Assembly: GCA_903904655.1 (NCBI GenBank)
Contig: CAIVDK010000150.1
Coordinates: forward strand, 1 to 53,663
Reading direction: 5' to 3'
Origin: an uncultured delta proteobacterium
Lineage (GTDB): Bacteria; Desulfobacterota; Syntrophia; Syntrophales; Smithellaceae
DNA length: 53,663 bases
Shown: piece after piece, positions 45,283 through 53,663 of the stretch
Numbering within the stretch: the stretch's first letter is position 1
Layout: each line of letters starts with the position of its first letter
The notes under the pieces: generated by a model
Told to the model about the DNA's origin: nothing
Database searches by the model: none
What the model saw: only the letters and a program-made list of their open reading frames with translations
Translations under genes and position numbers: made by a program

Positions 45283-45312
45283 TTGACATCTATGTCTTTT
45301 TTCGGCTTTAAT
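45283..45312 (+). promoter_or_regulatory. Promoter candidate for the UDP-sugar gene pair
   Basis: TTGACA (45283-45288), then 18 nt, then TTTAAT (45307-45312). Confidence 0.35.
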
Positions 45313-45358
45313 AGCAAAGAAACAAATAAAATACTACCATGAATGACAGTTGGAGATT

Positions 45359-46300
45359 ATGAAACGAATATTAATTACCGGCGGCGCGGGATTTTTAGGC
45401 TCCCATCTTTGTGACCGACTTTTAATAGAAGGAAACGATATTCTCTGTCTGGACAACTTTTTTACCGGCAACAAAAATAATATTGCCCATCTTCTCGGTC
45501 ATTCGCACTTTGAGCTGATTCGTCACGACATCATCAATCCCATTTATCTGGAAGTGGACGAAATCTACAACCTGGCCTGCCCGGCCTCGCCTGTGCATTA
45601 TCAGTTCAATCCCATTAAAACCGTCAAGACCAATGTCATGGGCGCAATCAACGTCCTGGGCATTGCCAAAAGGACCAAAGCGAAAATCCTTCAAGCATCC
45701 ACTTCGGAAGTGTATGGCGATCCGGACGTACACCCGCAGAAAGAATCTTATTGGGGACGCGTCAACCCCATCGGTATCCGAAGTTGTTACGATGAAGGCA
45801 AGAGAGCCGCTGAATGCCTGATGATGGATTACCGCCGACAAAATGCCGTCAACGCCAAAATCGTCCGCATCTTCAATACCTACGGACCGCGCATGGCCGT
45901 CAATGACGGACGCGTCGTCAGTAATTTTATTATTCAGGCCCTGCAAGGAAAAAACATTACGGTTTATGGAGATGGCAATCATACCCGTTCATTCTGTTAT
46001 TGCGACGATTTAATTGACGGGTTAATCAAAATGATGAATTCCGCCGATGATTTTTTTGGACCGGTTAATATCGGCAATCCCGGTGAGTTCACCATCTTAC
46101 AATTAGCCAGGATGATTATTGATTTAACGGACAGCAGTTCTAAAATTGATTTTCAGCCGCTCCCTGCTGATGATCCAACGCAGCGCAAACCGGACATAAC
46201 GCTCGCGGAAAAAAAATTGGGCTGGCAACCGAAGATAGCGCTCACGCAAGGTTTACTTACGACCATTCAGTATTTTCGCGATACTTTAAAAATGTCTTAA
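45359..46300 (+). CDS. UDP-glucuronate decarboxylase (UDP-xylose synthase, SDR family)
   Basis: ATG 45359 follows GGAGA. Supporting motifs are [20 protein letters not shown] and the UXS-like block [10 protein letters not shown]. Confidence 0.9.
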   Translation: MKRILITGGAGFLGSHLCDRLLIEGNDILCLDNFFTGNKNNIAHLLGHSHFELIRHDIINPIYLEVDEIYNLACPASPVHYQFNPIKTVKTNVMGAINVLGIAKRTKAKILQASTSEVYGDPDVHPQKESYWGRVNPIGIRSCYDEGKRAAECLMMDYRRQNAVNAKIVRIFNTYGPRMAVNDGRVVSNFIIQALQGKNITVYGDGNHTRSFCYCDDLIDGLIKMMNSADDFFGPVNIGNPGEFTILQLARMIIDLTDSSSKIDFQPLPADDPTQRKPDITLAEKKLGWQPKIALTQGLLTTIQYFRDTLKMS

Positions 46301-46322
46301 AACGGGGGAGTAGTCAGGAAAA

Positions 46323-47699
46323 ATGAAATTTAAAAAGAAAATTCTTTGTATCGGGGCAGGCTACGTCGGCGCCCCGTCAATGGTTATGATTGCCTGCAAA
46401 TGCCCGGACTATAAAGTCACTGTAGTCGATATCAACCATCAGCGTATCGACGCCTGGAACTCCGACCAACTTCCCGTCTATGAACCGGGACTCCATGAAA
46501 TCGTCCAAAAAACACGCGGCAGAAATTTATTTTTTTCCACGGATATCGAAACTCAGATTAAAGAAAATGATATTATTTTTGTCTGTGTCAATACGCCGAC
46601 CAAAACTTTCGGTGCGGGCGCCGGTATGGCTGCCGACCTGCAATACTGGGAAAAAACGGCACGGCAGATACTGGAAAATTCTCAATCTTCAAAAATTGTG
46701 ATTGAAAAAAGCACACTGCCCATCAAAACCGCGCTGGCCATGGAACGAATCCTGGCTTCCGGGAAAGGAGATATTACCTTTGACGTCCTCTCCAATCCGG
46801 AATTCATGGCGGAAGGAACCGCCATCGACGATTTGGAGAATCCTGACCGGGTGCTGATTGGATCACGCGAAACCAAAAGCGGTTTGAAAGCCCGCTCGCA
46901 ATTAGTAGATATTTATGCACGTTGGGTGTCACCAGAAAAAATAATCACCGCCAATATTTGGAGTGCTGAGCTCTCCAAACTGGTGGCCAACGCTTTTCTG
47001 GCACAAAGGGTGTCGTCGATCAACTCCATATCGGCGCTTTGTGAAAAGGCGGATGCCGACATATCCGAAGTGGCGCGGGCCGTGGGTATGGACAGCCGCA
47101 TCGGTAGTAAATTTCTCAAGGCCGGCATCGGCTTTGGCGGTTCCTGCTTTAAGAAAGATATTCTAAATCTTGTTTATCTCTGTCATTTTTACGGTCTGCC
47201 GGAAGTTGCCTACTATTGGGAAAGCGTCGTTAAAATCAATGAATATCAGCAGGACCGCTTCATCGCCAACATTCTCCAATCGATGTTTAACACCCTGGCC
47301 GGGAAAAAAATATGCCTCTTGGGTTTTGCATTTAAGGCGGATACGGGCGACACGCGTGAAAGCCCGGCTATCCATATTACCCGCAAGCTTTTGGCGGAAC
47401 ATGCCGAAGTGGTCATTTCCGATCCCAAAGCGCTCGGGAACGCCGCCATCGATCTGGCCCAGGATGAAGGTCAAATCAGTTACGTTGAAGATCCCTACCG
47501 CGCAGTCGCCGGCTGTCATGCGCTGGCGATTATGACGGACTGGGATTTATACCGGAGGCTGGATTATCGTAAAATCTACAAATCGATGATCAAGCCCGCG
47601 TTTATTTTTGACGGACGCAATATTATTGATCAGCAGAAGTGTTTTGAGATCGGGTTTAATGTGTTTCCCATCGGGAAGCCGGCCTTGACCCGTCTTTAA
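46323..47699 (+). CDS. ugd: UDP-glucose 6-dehydrogenase
   Basis: Supporting motifs are GAGYVGAPS, GFGGSCFKKD (catalytic Cys) and FAFKADTGDTRESPA. Confidence 0.92.
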   Translation: MKFKKKILCIGAGYVGAPSMVMIACKCPDYKVTVVDINHQRIDAWNSDQLPVYEPGLHEIVQKTRGRNLFFSTDIETQIKENDIIFVCVNTPTKTFGAGAGMAADLQYWEKTARQILENSQSSKIVIEKSTLPIKTALAMERILASGKGDITFDVLSNPEFMAEGTAIDDLENPDRVLIGSRETKSGLKARSQLVDIYARWVSPEKIITANIWSAELSKLVANAFLAQRVSSINSISALCEKADADISEVARAVGMDSRIGSKFLKAGIGFGGSCFKKDILNLVYLCHFYGLPEVAYYWESVVKINEYQQDRFIANILQSMFNTLAGKKICLLGFAFKADTGDTRESPAIHITRKLLAEHAEVVISDPKALGNAAIDLAQDEGQISYVEDPYRAVAGCHALAIMTDWDLYRRLDYRKIYKSMIKPAFIFDGRNIIDQQKCFEIGFNVFPIGKPALTRL

Positions 47700-47758
47700 T
47701 CCCGCTGTTGCGGGACGAGCGTCAATTCTCCACAACGAGCTCGCGAGGTGGTTGATTC
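47695..47758. repeat. Structured intergenic repeat, copy A (~64 nt)
   Basis: TTTAATCCCGCTGTTGCGGGACGAGCGTCAATTCTCC...GCGAGGTGGTTGATTC is the inverted counterpart of 49905-49967. The first 28 nt and last 16 nt are identical, and the centre is variable. Confidence 0.8.
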
Positions 47759-48140
47759 ACAAAGCAATAAAATCGAAAGCGTTTCTGATCAGACGAATGT
47801 CATTTCCTTGAGGCAGCATCAGGACGGCTACGACATCAAAACGGGCATGGACATCGTTTAACTTTTTTTCCTGAAGATACCACAAGGCCAGTTGCGACAT
47901 TTTTTTCTGTTTTTTGACACCCACTGCCTGCTCGGGATAACCCATCGCACTCGATTTTCTGGCTTTTACTTCCACAAACACCAGCTCGTTTTTGTCTCGA
48001 GCCACAATGTCGATTTCGCCGATCGGGCAACGATAATTGACTTCAGCGATCCGATAGCCGCTTTTTTTCAAAAAGTCGGCGGCAATCTTTTCTCCCTCTT
48101 TCCCGGTGTCTATTTTGCGCGTGTCTCTTTTTTCGATCAT
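47757..48140 (-). CDS. yraN: YraN-family (UPF0102) PD-(D/E)xK endonuclease-like protein
   Basis: The sequence is GEIDIVARDKNELVFVEVKARKS. ATG 48140 shares 1 nt with the rnhB stop (TGATG). Confidence 0.85.
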   Translation of the reverse strand: MIEKRDTRKIDTGKEGEKIAADFLKKSGYRIAEVNYRCPIGEIDIVARDKNELVFVEVKARKSSAMGYPEQAVGVKKQKKMSQLALWYLQEKKLNDVHARFDVVAVLMLPQGNDIRLIRNAFDFIAL

Positions 48141-48760
48141 CAGGACCAATCTAAAACTGTTTGATGAATATCTTTATTTTTTAAATGGAATGACCGGCGA
48201 TGAATTTTACACATACCGATTTCTTGAAGAATTTTTCGGTGCTCGGCAGTGCCGTATCCCTTGTTTTGCAGAAAATTGTATTGGGGGAACTGGCGGTGAT
48301 ACATTTCCATAATCCTGTCCCGCGAGACCTTGGCTATGATAGAGGCGGCAGCGATGGACACGCTTAGCGCATCACCTCTCACTAATGCCTTTTGCGGCGT
48401 GTTGACCGCAAGGGTGTATAAACCGTCTATCAAGATGAAATCAGGAACCATTGAAAGATCCAGAACGGCTTCACGCATCGCCTGAAGCGACGCCCTGAGA
48501 ATATTAATCCGGTCAATGACGGCAACCTCAGCGACGCCCACACCGACGGCTATAGCTTCCTCGGAGATGACCTTATAGAGCTCATTTCTTTTGCGGGCGG
48601 TCAGTTTCTTGGAATCGTTAATTTCGGAATTTTGATACGCGGGAGGGAAGATGACTGCTGCTGCAACAACAGGTCCGGCCAGCGGCCCCCGGCCTGCTTC
48701 GTCAACGCCCGCGACGCATCGGTAGCCTTCACCATAAGCAAGCTTTTCGAATGTATTCAT
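48140..48760 (-). CDS. rnhB: Ribonuclease HII
   Basis: The sequences are VAGVDEAGRGPLAGPVV and DSKKL... Confidence 0.93.
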   Translation of the reverse strand: MNTFEKLAYGEGYRCVAGVDEAGRGPLAGPVVAAAVIFPPAYQNSEINDSKKLTARKRNELYKVISEEAIAVGVGVAEVAVIDRINILRASLQAMREAVLDLSMVPDFILIDGLYTLAVNTPQKALVRGDALSVSIAAASIIAKVSRDRIMEMYHRQFPQYNFLQNKGYGTAEHRKILQEIGMCKIHRRSFHLKNKDIHQTVLDWS

Positions 48761-48921
48761 CGCAAAAAGAAGACGGAGCCCTTCTGCCTGAAGGAGCTCG
48801 CCGTGACAGCACCAGCTGAGCCCCTTCCGTTCGTTTGGTTAACGAACCGGCGCAAAACCATACCCAAACCAAACGTCCTCATGGCAAACGGCGTCTATTG
48901 ATAGCAAAGACAAAACGTATA

Positions 48922-49269
48922 CTAGTGGTTGGTCGCTTCCTTGATCCTTGCTTTTTTGCCTCTGAGGCTTCTCAAATAATAAAGACGTGAACGGCGCACC
49001 AGACCCCTGGTCATGACTTCAACACGGTCAATAATCGGTGAATGCATGGGGAATGTTCTTTCGACACCAACACCATAGGAAACTTTTCTTACGGTGAAAT
49101 TTGCCCGGCTGTTACCGCGGCGTTTGCGGATGACCACACCTTCAAAGGCCTGTATTCTCTCTTTCTGGCCTTCAATGATGCGCACATATACTTTAACGGT
49201 ATCACCCGTTTTAAAGGCGGGAATATCCCCTCTCATTTGCTCTTTTTCAATCATTTCCAAAACATTCAT
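48922..49269 (-). CDS. rplS: 50S ribosomal protein L19
   Basis: The sequence is [32 protein letters not shown]... Confidence 0.96.
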   Translation of the reverse strand: MNVLEMIEKEQMRGDIPAFKTGDTVKVYVRIIEGQKERIQAFEGVVIRKRRGNSRANFTVRKVSYGVGVERTFPMHSPIIDRVEVMTRGLVRRSRLYYLRSLRGKKARIKEATNH

Positions 49270-49304
49270 TTTATATTTCCTCCCGCGATACTCGCAATAT
49301 TATT

Positions 49305-49886
49305 TTATGATATTCCTACAACTCTGTCCAAAATGACGGCAACGGCCGACCGCACCGCCAAGTGATTATAACCATCCTTCCCTCTGATCGGCTCAAGGCG
49401 ATAGTCCGCCTGATTCACTATTTCCTCTGCAATGCCTGAGCCTGTACCAAAAATTAAAAGATAAGGCAACTGATTACTTTTAATGGCTTCTCTCATTTTG
49501 CCGCATGTTAACAATTCGCCTTGAAAGTTAGCTCCCGTGACAATGATTTGCGGTTCAGTATTATGTGTTTTCTTAATATCCACCAGAACTTCATCCAGAT
49601 CGGATTTAATTTCCACTTTTTCAAAAGCGGCTTTTCGGGACGGATTGTAAGCCGCGCCGTAACCTTCCCGCCAGTGGCTGATGATTTGGCCGGCAAGCCT
49701 TCGCTGAGCCTCTATCGGATTAATCACATAAAACTTTTCCACCCCGAACGTTTTCGCTGTCCTGGCAATGTCGTGAAGATCCATATTGGCAATGGCCGTG
49801 GCAACCACTTTGCCTTCTTTATTGATAACCGGATAATGTAAAAGAGCTATATAAAGCATACCCGCTTTGGGGGACTGATCTTTCAT
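49305..49886 (-). CDS. SPOUT-class SAM-dependent RNA methyltransferase (Methyltrn_RNA_4/DUF2168-like)
   Basis: It occupies the trmD-rplS gap, as this family does in Thermotoga, Aquifex and deltaproteobacterial genomes. The sequence is LYIALLHYPVINKEGKVVATAIANMDLHDIAR. The start may be ATG 49859. Confidence 0.6.
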   Translation of the reverse strand: MKDQSPKAGMLYIALLHYPVINKEGKVVATAIANMDLHDIARTAKTFGVEKFYVINPIEAQRRLAGQIISHWREGYGAAYNPSRKAAFEKVEIKSDLDEVLVDIKKTHNTEPQIIVTGANFQGELLTCGKMREAIKSNQLPYLLIFGTGSGIAEEIVNQADYRLEPIRGKDGYNHLAVRSAVAVILDRVVGIS

Positions 49887-49904
49887 CAGGAAAAAATTTA
49901 CCCC

Positions 49905-49967
49905 GAATCAACCACCTCGCAGCAAGCTGCGGAGAATTAACGCTCGTCCCGCAACAGCGGGATTAAA
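49905..49967. repeat. Structured intergenic repeat, copy B (inverted relative to copy A)
   Basis: The reverse complement is TTTAATCCCGCTGTTGCGGGACGAGCGTTAATTCTCCGCAGCTTGCTGCGAGGTGGTTGATTC. Confidence 0.8.
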
Positions 49968-50046
49968 AAAGTTGACCTAATTACCTTAAACACATCTGAA
50001 AATCAAGACTTTATATCCGATGAACTCGTAAAAAGTCCACTAACCT

Positions 50047-50115
50047 GTGATTCCCGCGAAGGCGGGAATCCAGAACATGTTTAAATCACTGGATTCCCGC
50101 CTTCGCGGGAATCAC
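50047..50115. repeat. Perfect 27-bp inverted repeat with 15-nt loop (nested palindromes; REP-like element)
   Basis: GTGATTCCCGCGAAGGCGGGAATCCAG - aacatgtttaaatca - CTGGATTCCCGCCTTCGCGGGAATCAC. Each arm contains its own palindrome, ATTCCCGC-GAAG-GCGGGAAT. Confidence 0.85.
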
Positions 50116-50148
50116 AAAAAAGGACAAAATTGATTTTTTACGAGACCA

Positions 50149-50886
50149 TCATATCTGGCCGAGCTTAATTTTTTCCAATTTTTTTCTATCATCCAACGAA
50201 AGTTCATTTTTTTCGAGCAAATCAGGCCTTCTCAGCCAGGTTCTTTTAATCGCTTCGACCCTTTGCCAACGATCAATTTGGGCATGATTTCCGGAAACCA
50301 GCACATCGGGGACACACCATCCTTTATACTCGGCAGGCCTCGTATATTGTGGATATTCCAGAAGTCCCTGTGAAAAAGATTCCGTAATGGCAGATGCATC
50401 ATTTCCCAACACGCCGGGAATCAGTCTGGAGACGGCGTCGATGACAACCAGGGCGGAAAGTTCCCCTCCGGTTAAGATATAATCACCAATGGATATTTCC
50501 CGATCAACCAGATGTTCTCTAATTCGCTCATCAACCCCTTCATAGCGCCCGCAAATCATAATGATTTGCTTTTCTTCGGCAAGCTGCGCCGCAATTTTCT
50601 GATTAAATACCTCTCCCTGGGGCGTCATCAGAACCACCAAGGGTTTTATGTCGTTGCGCCTGACCGCTGCCAGGGCCCGTTCCACGGGCTCAACTTTCAT
50701 CACCATTCCGCATCCACCGCCATAGGGGGCATCGTCGGTCATGTTGTGCTTATCTTCCGCCCAATCACGAATATTATGCAGGCCGATATCGATCAGACCT
50801 TTTTCCTGAGCTTTTTTCAAAAGACTGAAATTTAGAGGAGACTGGAGCATTTCCGGGAAAATAGACAGAACATCAAATCGAATCAC
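50149..50886 (-). CDS. trmD: tRNA (guanine37-N1)-methyltransferase TrmD
   Basis: I start at GTG 50886, 2 nt after the rimM stop and after GGAAGG. This gives [13 protein letters not shown], the canonical TrmD N-terminus. The longer ORF-track version overlaps rimM. Confidence 0.92.
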   Translation of the reverse strand: MIRFDVLSIFPEMLQSPLNFSLLKKAQEKGLIDIGLHNIRDWAEDKHNMTDDAPYGGGCGMVMKVEPVERALAAVRRNDIKPLVVLMTPQGEVFNQKIAAQLAEEKQIIMICGRYEGVDERIREHLVDREISIGDYILTGGELSALVVIDAVSRLIPGVLGNDASAITESFSQGLLEYPQYTRPAEYKGWCVPDVLVSGNHAQIDRWQRVEAIKRTWLRRPDLLEKNELSLDDRKKLEKIKLGQI

Positions 50887-50888
50887 GG

Positions 50889-51389
50889 CTAAAGGCCTTC
50901 CAGCAATTTTACGGTTATCCTGCGCGAGGCTAGGTCTATCCGCACAATGGCATCGGCGATTGCCGGAATGAGAAATTCTCCGTCGTCTCCCCGGCAAACA
51001 TAAACATCATTGCTGCCTGTTGGGAATATTGATTCTATCCGGCCAAGATGACGACCTTCCGGTGTATAAGCCTCAAGTCCAATGATATCGGACCAATAAT
51101 ACTCGTCCTCCGCAAGAACGCCGAGCAAATCGCGCGGCAGTAAAAGCTTGGACCCTACAAGCGCTCCGGCTGCATCCACATCGGAGATATCTTGAAATTC
51201 AATAAACAGACACTGACCGGCAGGATCAATCTTCTTGATTTCATGACGACTTTTTTGTCCGGACTTTGATTCCAGATAAACAAAATCAAGCCTGTCCAGA
51301 ATATCCTGTGCTTCTAAAAAAGATAAAACTTTAACACAGCCGTGGAGACCGCGCGTTTTGACGATCTCTCCAAAAACAAAAAGGTCCAT
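50889..51389 (-). CDS. rimM: Ribosome maturation factor RimM
   Basis: The sequence is [16 protein letters not shown]...[15 protein letters not shown] (PRC barrel). Confidence 0.9.
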   Translation of the reverse strand: MDLFVFGEIVKTRGLHGCVKVLSFLEAQDILDRLDFVYLESKSGQKSRHEIKKIDPAGQCLFIEFQDISDVDAAGALVGSKLLLPRDLLGVLAEDEYYWSDIIGLEAYTPEGRHLGRIESIFPTGSNDVYVCRGDDGEFLIPAIADAIVRIDLASRRITVKLLEGL

Positions 51390-51392
51390 TTT

Positions 51393-51626
51393 TTATTCTA
51401 TAATTTCCAGAACTGCCCGTTTGTGCATTTTGGCGGACGTGGCGCTTAAAATGGTGCGAATGGCTTTGGCCGTTCTTCCCTGTTTCCCAATAACTTTCCC
51501 TAAATCTTCTTTTGCCACGCGCAGCTCAATAACGGACGTTTGCTCACCGATGATTTCAGTGACTTCCACTTTGTCGGGATTATCAACTAAAGATTGAGAG
51601 ATATACTTAATTAATTCCTTCATCAT
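51393..51626 (-). CDS. KH-domain RNA-binding protein (YlqC/UPF0109)
   Basis: The sequence is [27 protein letters not shown] 51626 follows GGAGGT. Confidence 0.85.
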   Translation of the reverse strand: MMKELIKYISQSLVDNPDKVEVTEIIGEQTSVIELRVAKEDLGKVIGKQGRTAKAIRTILSATSAKMHKRAVLEIIE

Positions 51627-51754
51627 CAGCACCTCCACGAGTTTTAGTTAACACATCTGGAAAATCCACTGCAATATTCGCCCTGCTTGTTCAATTTAAA
51701 TGATGTGAGGCTGCAATCCCGTCTCCTGCCCTTAGACATAACGCAACAGTTCTA

Positions 51755-52009
51755 CTACTTAACGCTGGCTTCAATGCCTTTTGTTTTCAATAAATGAGAA
51801 ACGGTCAGCGTCGGTTTTGCCCCTTTGGACAACCAATCGCGAACACGATCTTCTTTTAAAGATATTTCTGCGGGATTCTTCTTTGGGTCATAATTCCCTA
51901 ATATTTCGAGAAATTTTCCATCCCGCGGATATTCTTTATCTGCGGCCACAATACGGTAAAAGGGTTTGCCTTTAGCGCCCATACGAGTTAATCGAATTTT
52001 AACTGCCAT
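51755..52009 (-). CDS. rpsP: 30S ribosomal protein S16
   Basis: The sequence is MAVKIRLTRMGAKGKPFYRIVAAD... Confidence 0.96.
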   Translation of the reverse strand: MAVKIRLTRMGAKGKPFYRIVAADKEYPRDGKFLEILGNYDPKKNPAEISLKEDRVRDWLSKGAKPTLTVSHLLKTKGIEASVK

Positions 52010-52079
52010 TTAGTTTTACTTAAAACCTCCTTCAAAAAAAATAGTTATCTGATTTGCCTCTATCATAATTGATTTGATA

Positions 52080-53408
52080 TTAAAAGGGGAAATTCCTCAT
52101 CAGAGACTTTATCCCGCCTTTCTGATTTATTTTTTTCATCATCTTGCGAATTTCCACGTAATTTTTCAAAAGCCGGTTGACATCCTGAACCATTGTACCA
52201 CTGCCTAAAGCGATCCTTTTGCGTCTGCGGCCATCAATGATCAGGTAGTTATAACGTTCTTTCTTAGTCATGGAATCAATCATCGCCGTAATTTTTACCA
52301 GTTCCTTATCGTCCGGCTGCGCATCCTTGAGCGCTTTGATTTTGCCCATGCCCGGAATCATGCCCATCATGTCCTTCAGTGAACCCATTTTCTTGACTTG
52401 CTGAAGTTGATTGCGGAAATCTTCCAACGAAAAATCCCCTTTACGCAGAGACTGCTCCATCTCCCGGGCTGTTTTTTCATCGATAGTGGCTTGCGCTTTT
52501 TCCACCAGCGATAAAATATCTCCCATCCCCAGAATCCGGGAAGCCATCCTCTCTGGATGAAACACCTCCAAGGCGTCAATTTTTTCACCGATGCCGACAA
52601 ACTTGAGCGGCTTACCGACAACAGCTTTAAGCGAAAGGGCCGCTCCACCGCGCGCGTCACCGTCCATCTTGGTCATGATAACGCCGTCAATACCGATCAA
52701 TTCATTGAATTTTGTGCCGACATTGACGGCATCCTGACCGGTCATGGCATCTGCCACATAAAGAATTTCCGAAGGATTTACCTTGTCCTTAATTTTGCGA
52801 AGCTCTTCCATTAACAGATCGTCAATATGCAATCTTCCGGCGGTGTCAATGATGACAACTTCGTAACCTTCTTTTTTGGCTTGTTCAACGGCTTCAACGC
52901 ATATCTTTACGGGATCGCGAAGAGAACCTGCATCAAAAACACCTGCTTTAATCTGTCTGCCCAAAACGGCCAACTGTTCCATCGCCGCAGGCCGATAAAC
53001 GTCTGCCGAAACCAGATAAACTTTTTTTTCTCTGGATAAGATTAACGCCAACTTGGCGGCTGTTGTTGTTTTTCCACATCCCTGTAAGCCGACAAGCATG
53101 ATCGTAGCCGGAATCCGCGAGCCGAACTTGATATTGGCGCTCGTATTGCCCATGAGTTCAACCAGACGGTCATGGACAATCTTGACGACCTGTTGTCCGG
53201 GCGTAATGCTCTCAAGCACTTCCTTGCCGATGGCGCGCAGCCGCACATCTTCAATAAAATCCTTGACGACCTTGAAGTTCACATCCGCTTCCAGGAGCGC
53301 CATCCGGATTTCCTTGAGCGCGGCATTGACGCTTTCCTCGTTAAGGACGCCACGGCCTTTAATTTTCTTGAAAATACTTTCGAGTTTCTCCGTTAAACTT
53401 TCAAACAT
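52080..53408 (-). CDS. ffh: Signal recognition particle protein Ffh
   Basis: The sequence is MFESLTEKL..., GLQGCGKTTT, DTAGRL, and a Met-rich M domain. ATG 53408 is preferred over TTG 53414. Confidence 0.95.
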   Translation of the reverse strand: MFESLTEKLESIFKKIKGRGVLNEESVNAALKEIRMALLEADVNFKVVKDFIEDVRLRAIGKEVLESITPGQQVVKIVHDRLVELMGNTSANIKFGSRIPATIMLVGLQGCGKTTTAAKLALILSREKKVYLVSADVYRPAAMEQLAVLGRQIKAGVFDAGSLRDPVKICVEAVEQAKKEGYEVVIIDTAGRLHIDDLLMEELRKIKDKVNPSEILYVADAMTGQDAVNVGTKFNELIGIDGVIMTKMDGDARGGAALSLKAVVGKPLKFVGIGEKIDALEVFHPERMASRILGMGDILSLVEKAQATIDEKTAREMEQSLRKGDFSLEDFRNQLQQVKKMGSLKDMMGMIPGMGKIKALKDAQPDDKELVKITAMIDSMTKKERYNYLIIDGRRRKRIALGSGTMVQDVNRLLKNYVEIRKMMKKINQKGGIKSLMRNFPF

Positions 53409-53423
53409 AATCAAAGCCTTTAC

Positions 53424-53663
53424 TTACTGGTTCTTACCCGCGTCTCCGCCGGCGGTCCGAATGATGCAATTTGTCTTGACCTTTTTGGAAATCCTATCGG
53501 CAGCAGCTTGCGCCTGCGCCTTTGTTTCAAATCCCATGACGATGACGCGATGCCATGTCCCCTTGCCTTTAATATCCACTTTTACAACTTTAGCGGAATA
53601 ACCCAACGTGGCAACGGTTTTATTAATCTGATTGGCTTTATCCTTGTCTTTCAAAGACGCCAC
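53424..53663 (-). CDS. SPOR-domain protein (C-terminal part; start outside the window)
   Basis: VASLKDKDKANQINKTVATLGYSAKVVKVDIKGKGTWHRVIVMGFETKAQAQAAADRI is a SPOR peptidoglycan-binding fold pattern. Confidence 0.7.
   Translation of the reverse strand: MASLKDKDKANQINKTVATLGYSAKVVKVDIKGKGTWHRVIVMGFETKAQAQAAADRISKKVKTNCIIRTAGGDAGKNQ

Noticed and set aside
49981-50000. A shared motif AACACATCTG(G)AAAATC in two intergenic regions of the ribosomal operon (about 49985-50000 and 51650-51667).
   Set aside because: A ~16-nt match with one indel is expected by chance several times in a 53-kb window (order-of-magnitude estimate). The flanks do not align.
50887-50997. A 37-aa N-terminal extension of trmD overlapping rimM.
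   Set aside because: The extension ([21 protein letters not shown]...) is not TrmD-like. GTG 50886 gives the canonical [13 protein letters not shown] start, directly after the rimM stop and an RBS.
51639-51754. A 32-aa ORF ([31 protein letters not shown]) in the rpsP-KH spacer.
   Set aside because: It has no RBS and an arbitrary composition. The spacer is more likely untranslated operon leader or processing sequence.

Overview
This 53.7-kb chromosomal window looks like an anaerobic Deltaproteobacteria-type organism (Desulfobacterota or Syntrophia-like). That placement is inferred from gene content and the tmRNA tag, and is not verified. All family names come from motif recognition by eye; no database search was possible. 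The window has three parts.

(1) 1-7.75 kb. A 5'-truncated NUDIX fusion gene is followed by a tightly coupled four-gene [FeFe]-hydrogenase operon. It encodes a 1145-aa GltD-like/NAD(P)H-oxidoreductase-HydA fusion, a small thioredoxin-like [2Fe-2S] protein, a sensory HydS-type hydrogenase with a PAS domain, and a PP2C/SpoIIE phosphatase.

(2) 7.75-23.7 kb. This is an accessory region built on the 3' end of the tmRNA gene (ssrA). An exact 31-bp direct repeat of the tmRNA 3' terminus (9214-9244 and 23659-23689) brackets a ~14.4-kb degraded podovirus-like prophage. The prophage carries a tyrosine integrase, a DUF3850-like/DUF5131-like pair, a 5'-truncated helicase, a 1503-aa polyvalent virion protein, a beta-helix tailspike, a LamG-like fibre and a lysozyme/holin cassette. 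It has no capsid, portal or terminase genes. Two further decayed tmRNA-end relics (7756, 9331) and an isolated AAA+/PD-(D/E)xK ATPase suggest serial integrations at this site.

(3) 23.7-53.7 kb. This is ordinary core genome, mostly on the minus strand:
- ssrA-smpB, acyl-CoA thioesterase, TtcA-like PP-loop ATPase, eno, plsB
- ptsI-ptsH plus an orphan PTS IID-like gene
- merR-ihfA-pheTS-rplT-rpmI-infC-thrS, tRNA-Val, pgsA
- a four-gene envelope/lipoprotein cluster, rsmI, UDP-xylose synthase plus ugd
- yraN-rnhB-rplS-SPOUT-trmD-rimM-KH-rpsP-ffh and a SPOR-domain gene

The most interesting items are the H2-sensor/phosphatase module that lacks a visible phosphoprotein partner, the layered ssrA island with its gutted prophage (signal-peptide-bearing tailspike, polyvalent protein, radical-SAM-like DUF5131 pair), and two families of structured intergenic repeats inside the trmD-rplS ribosomal operon.
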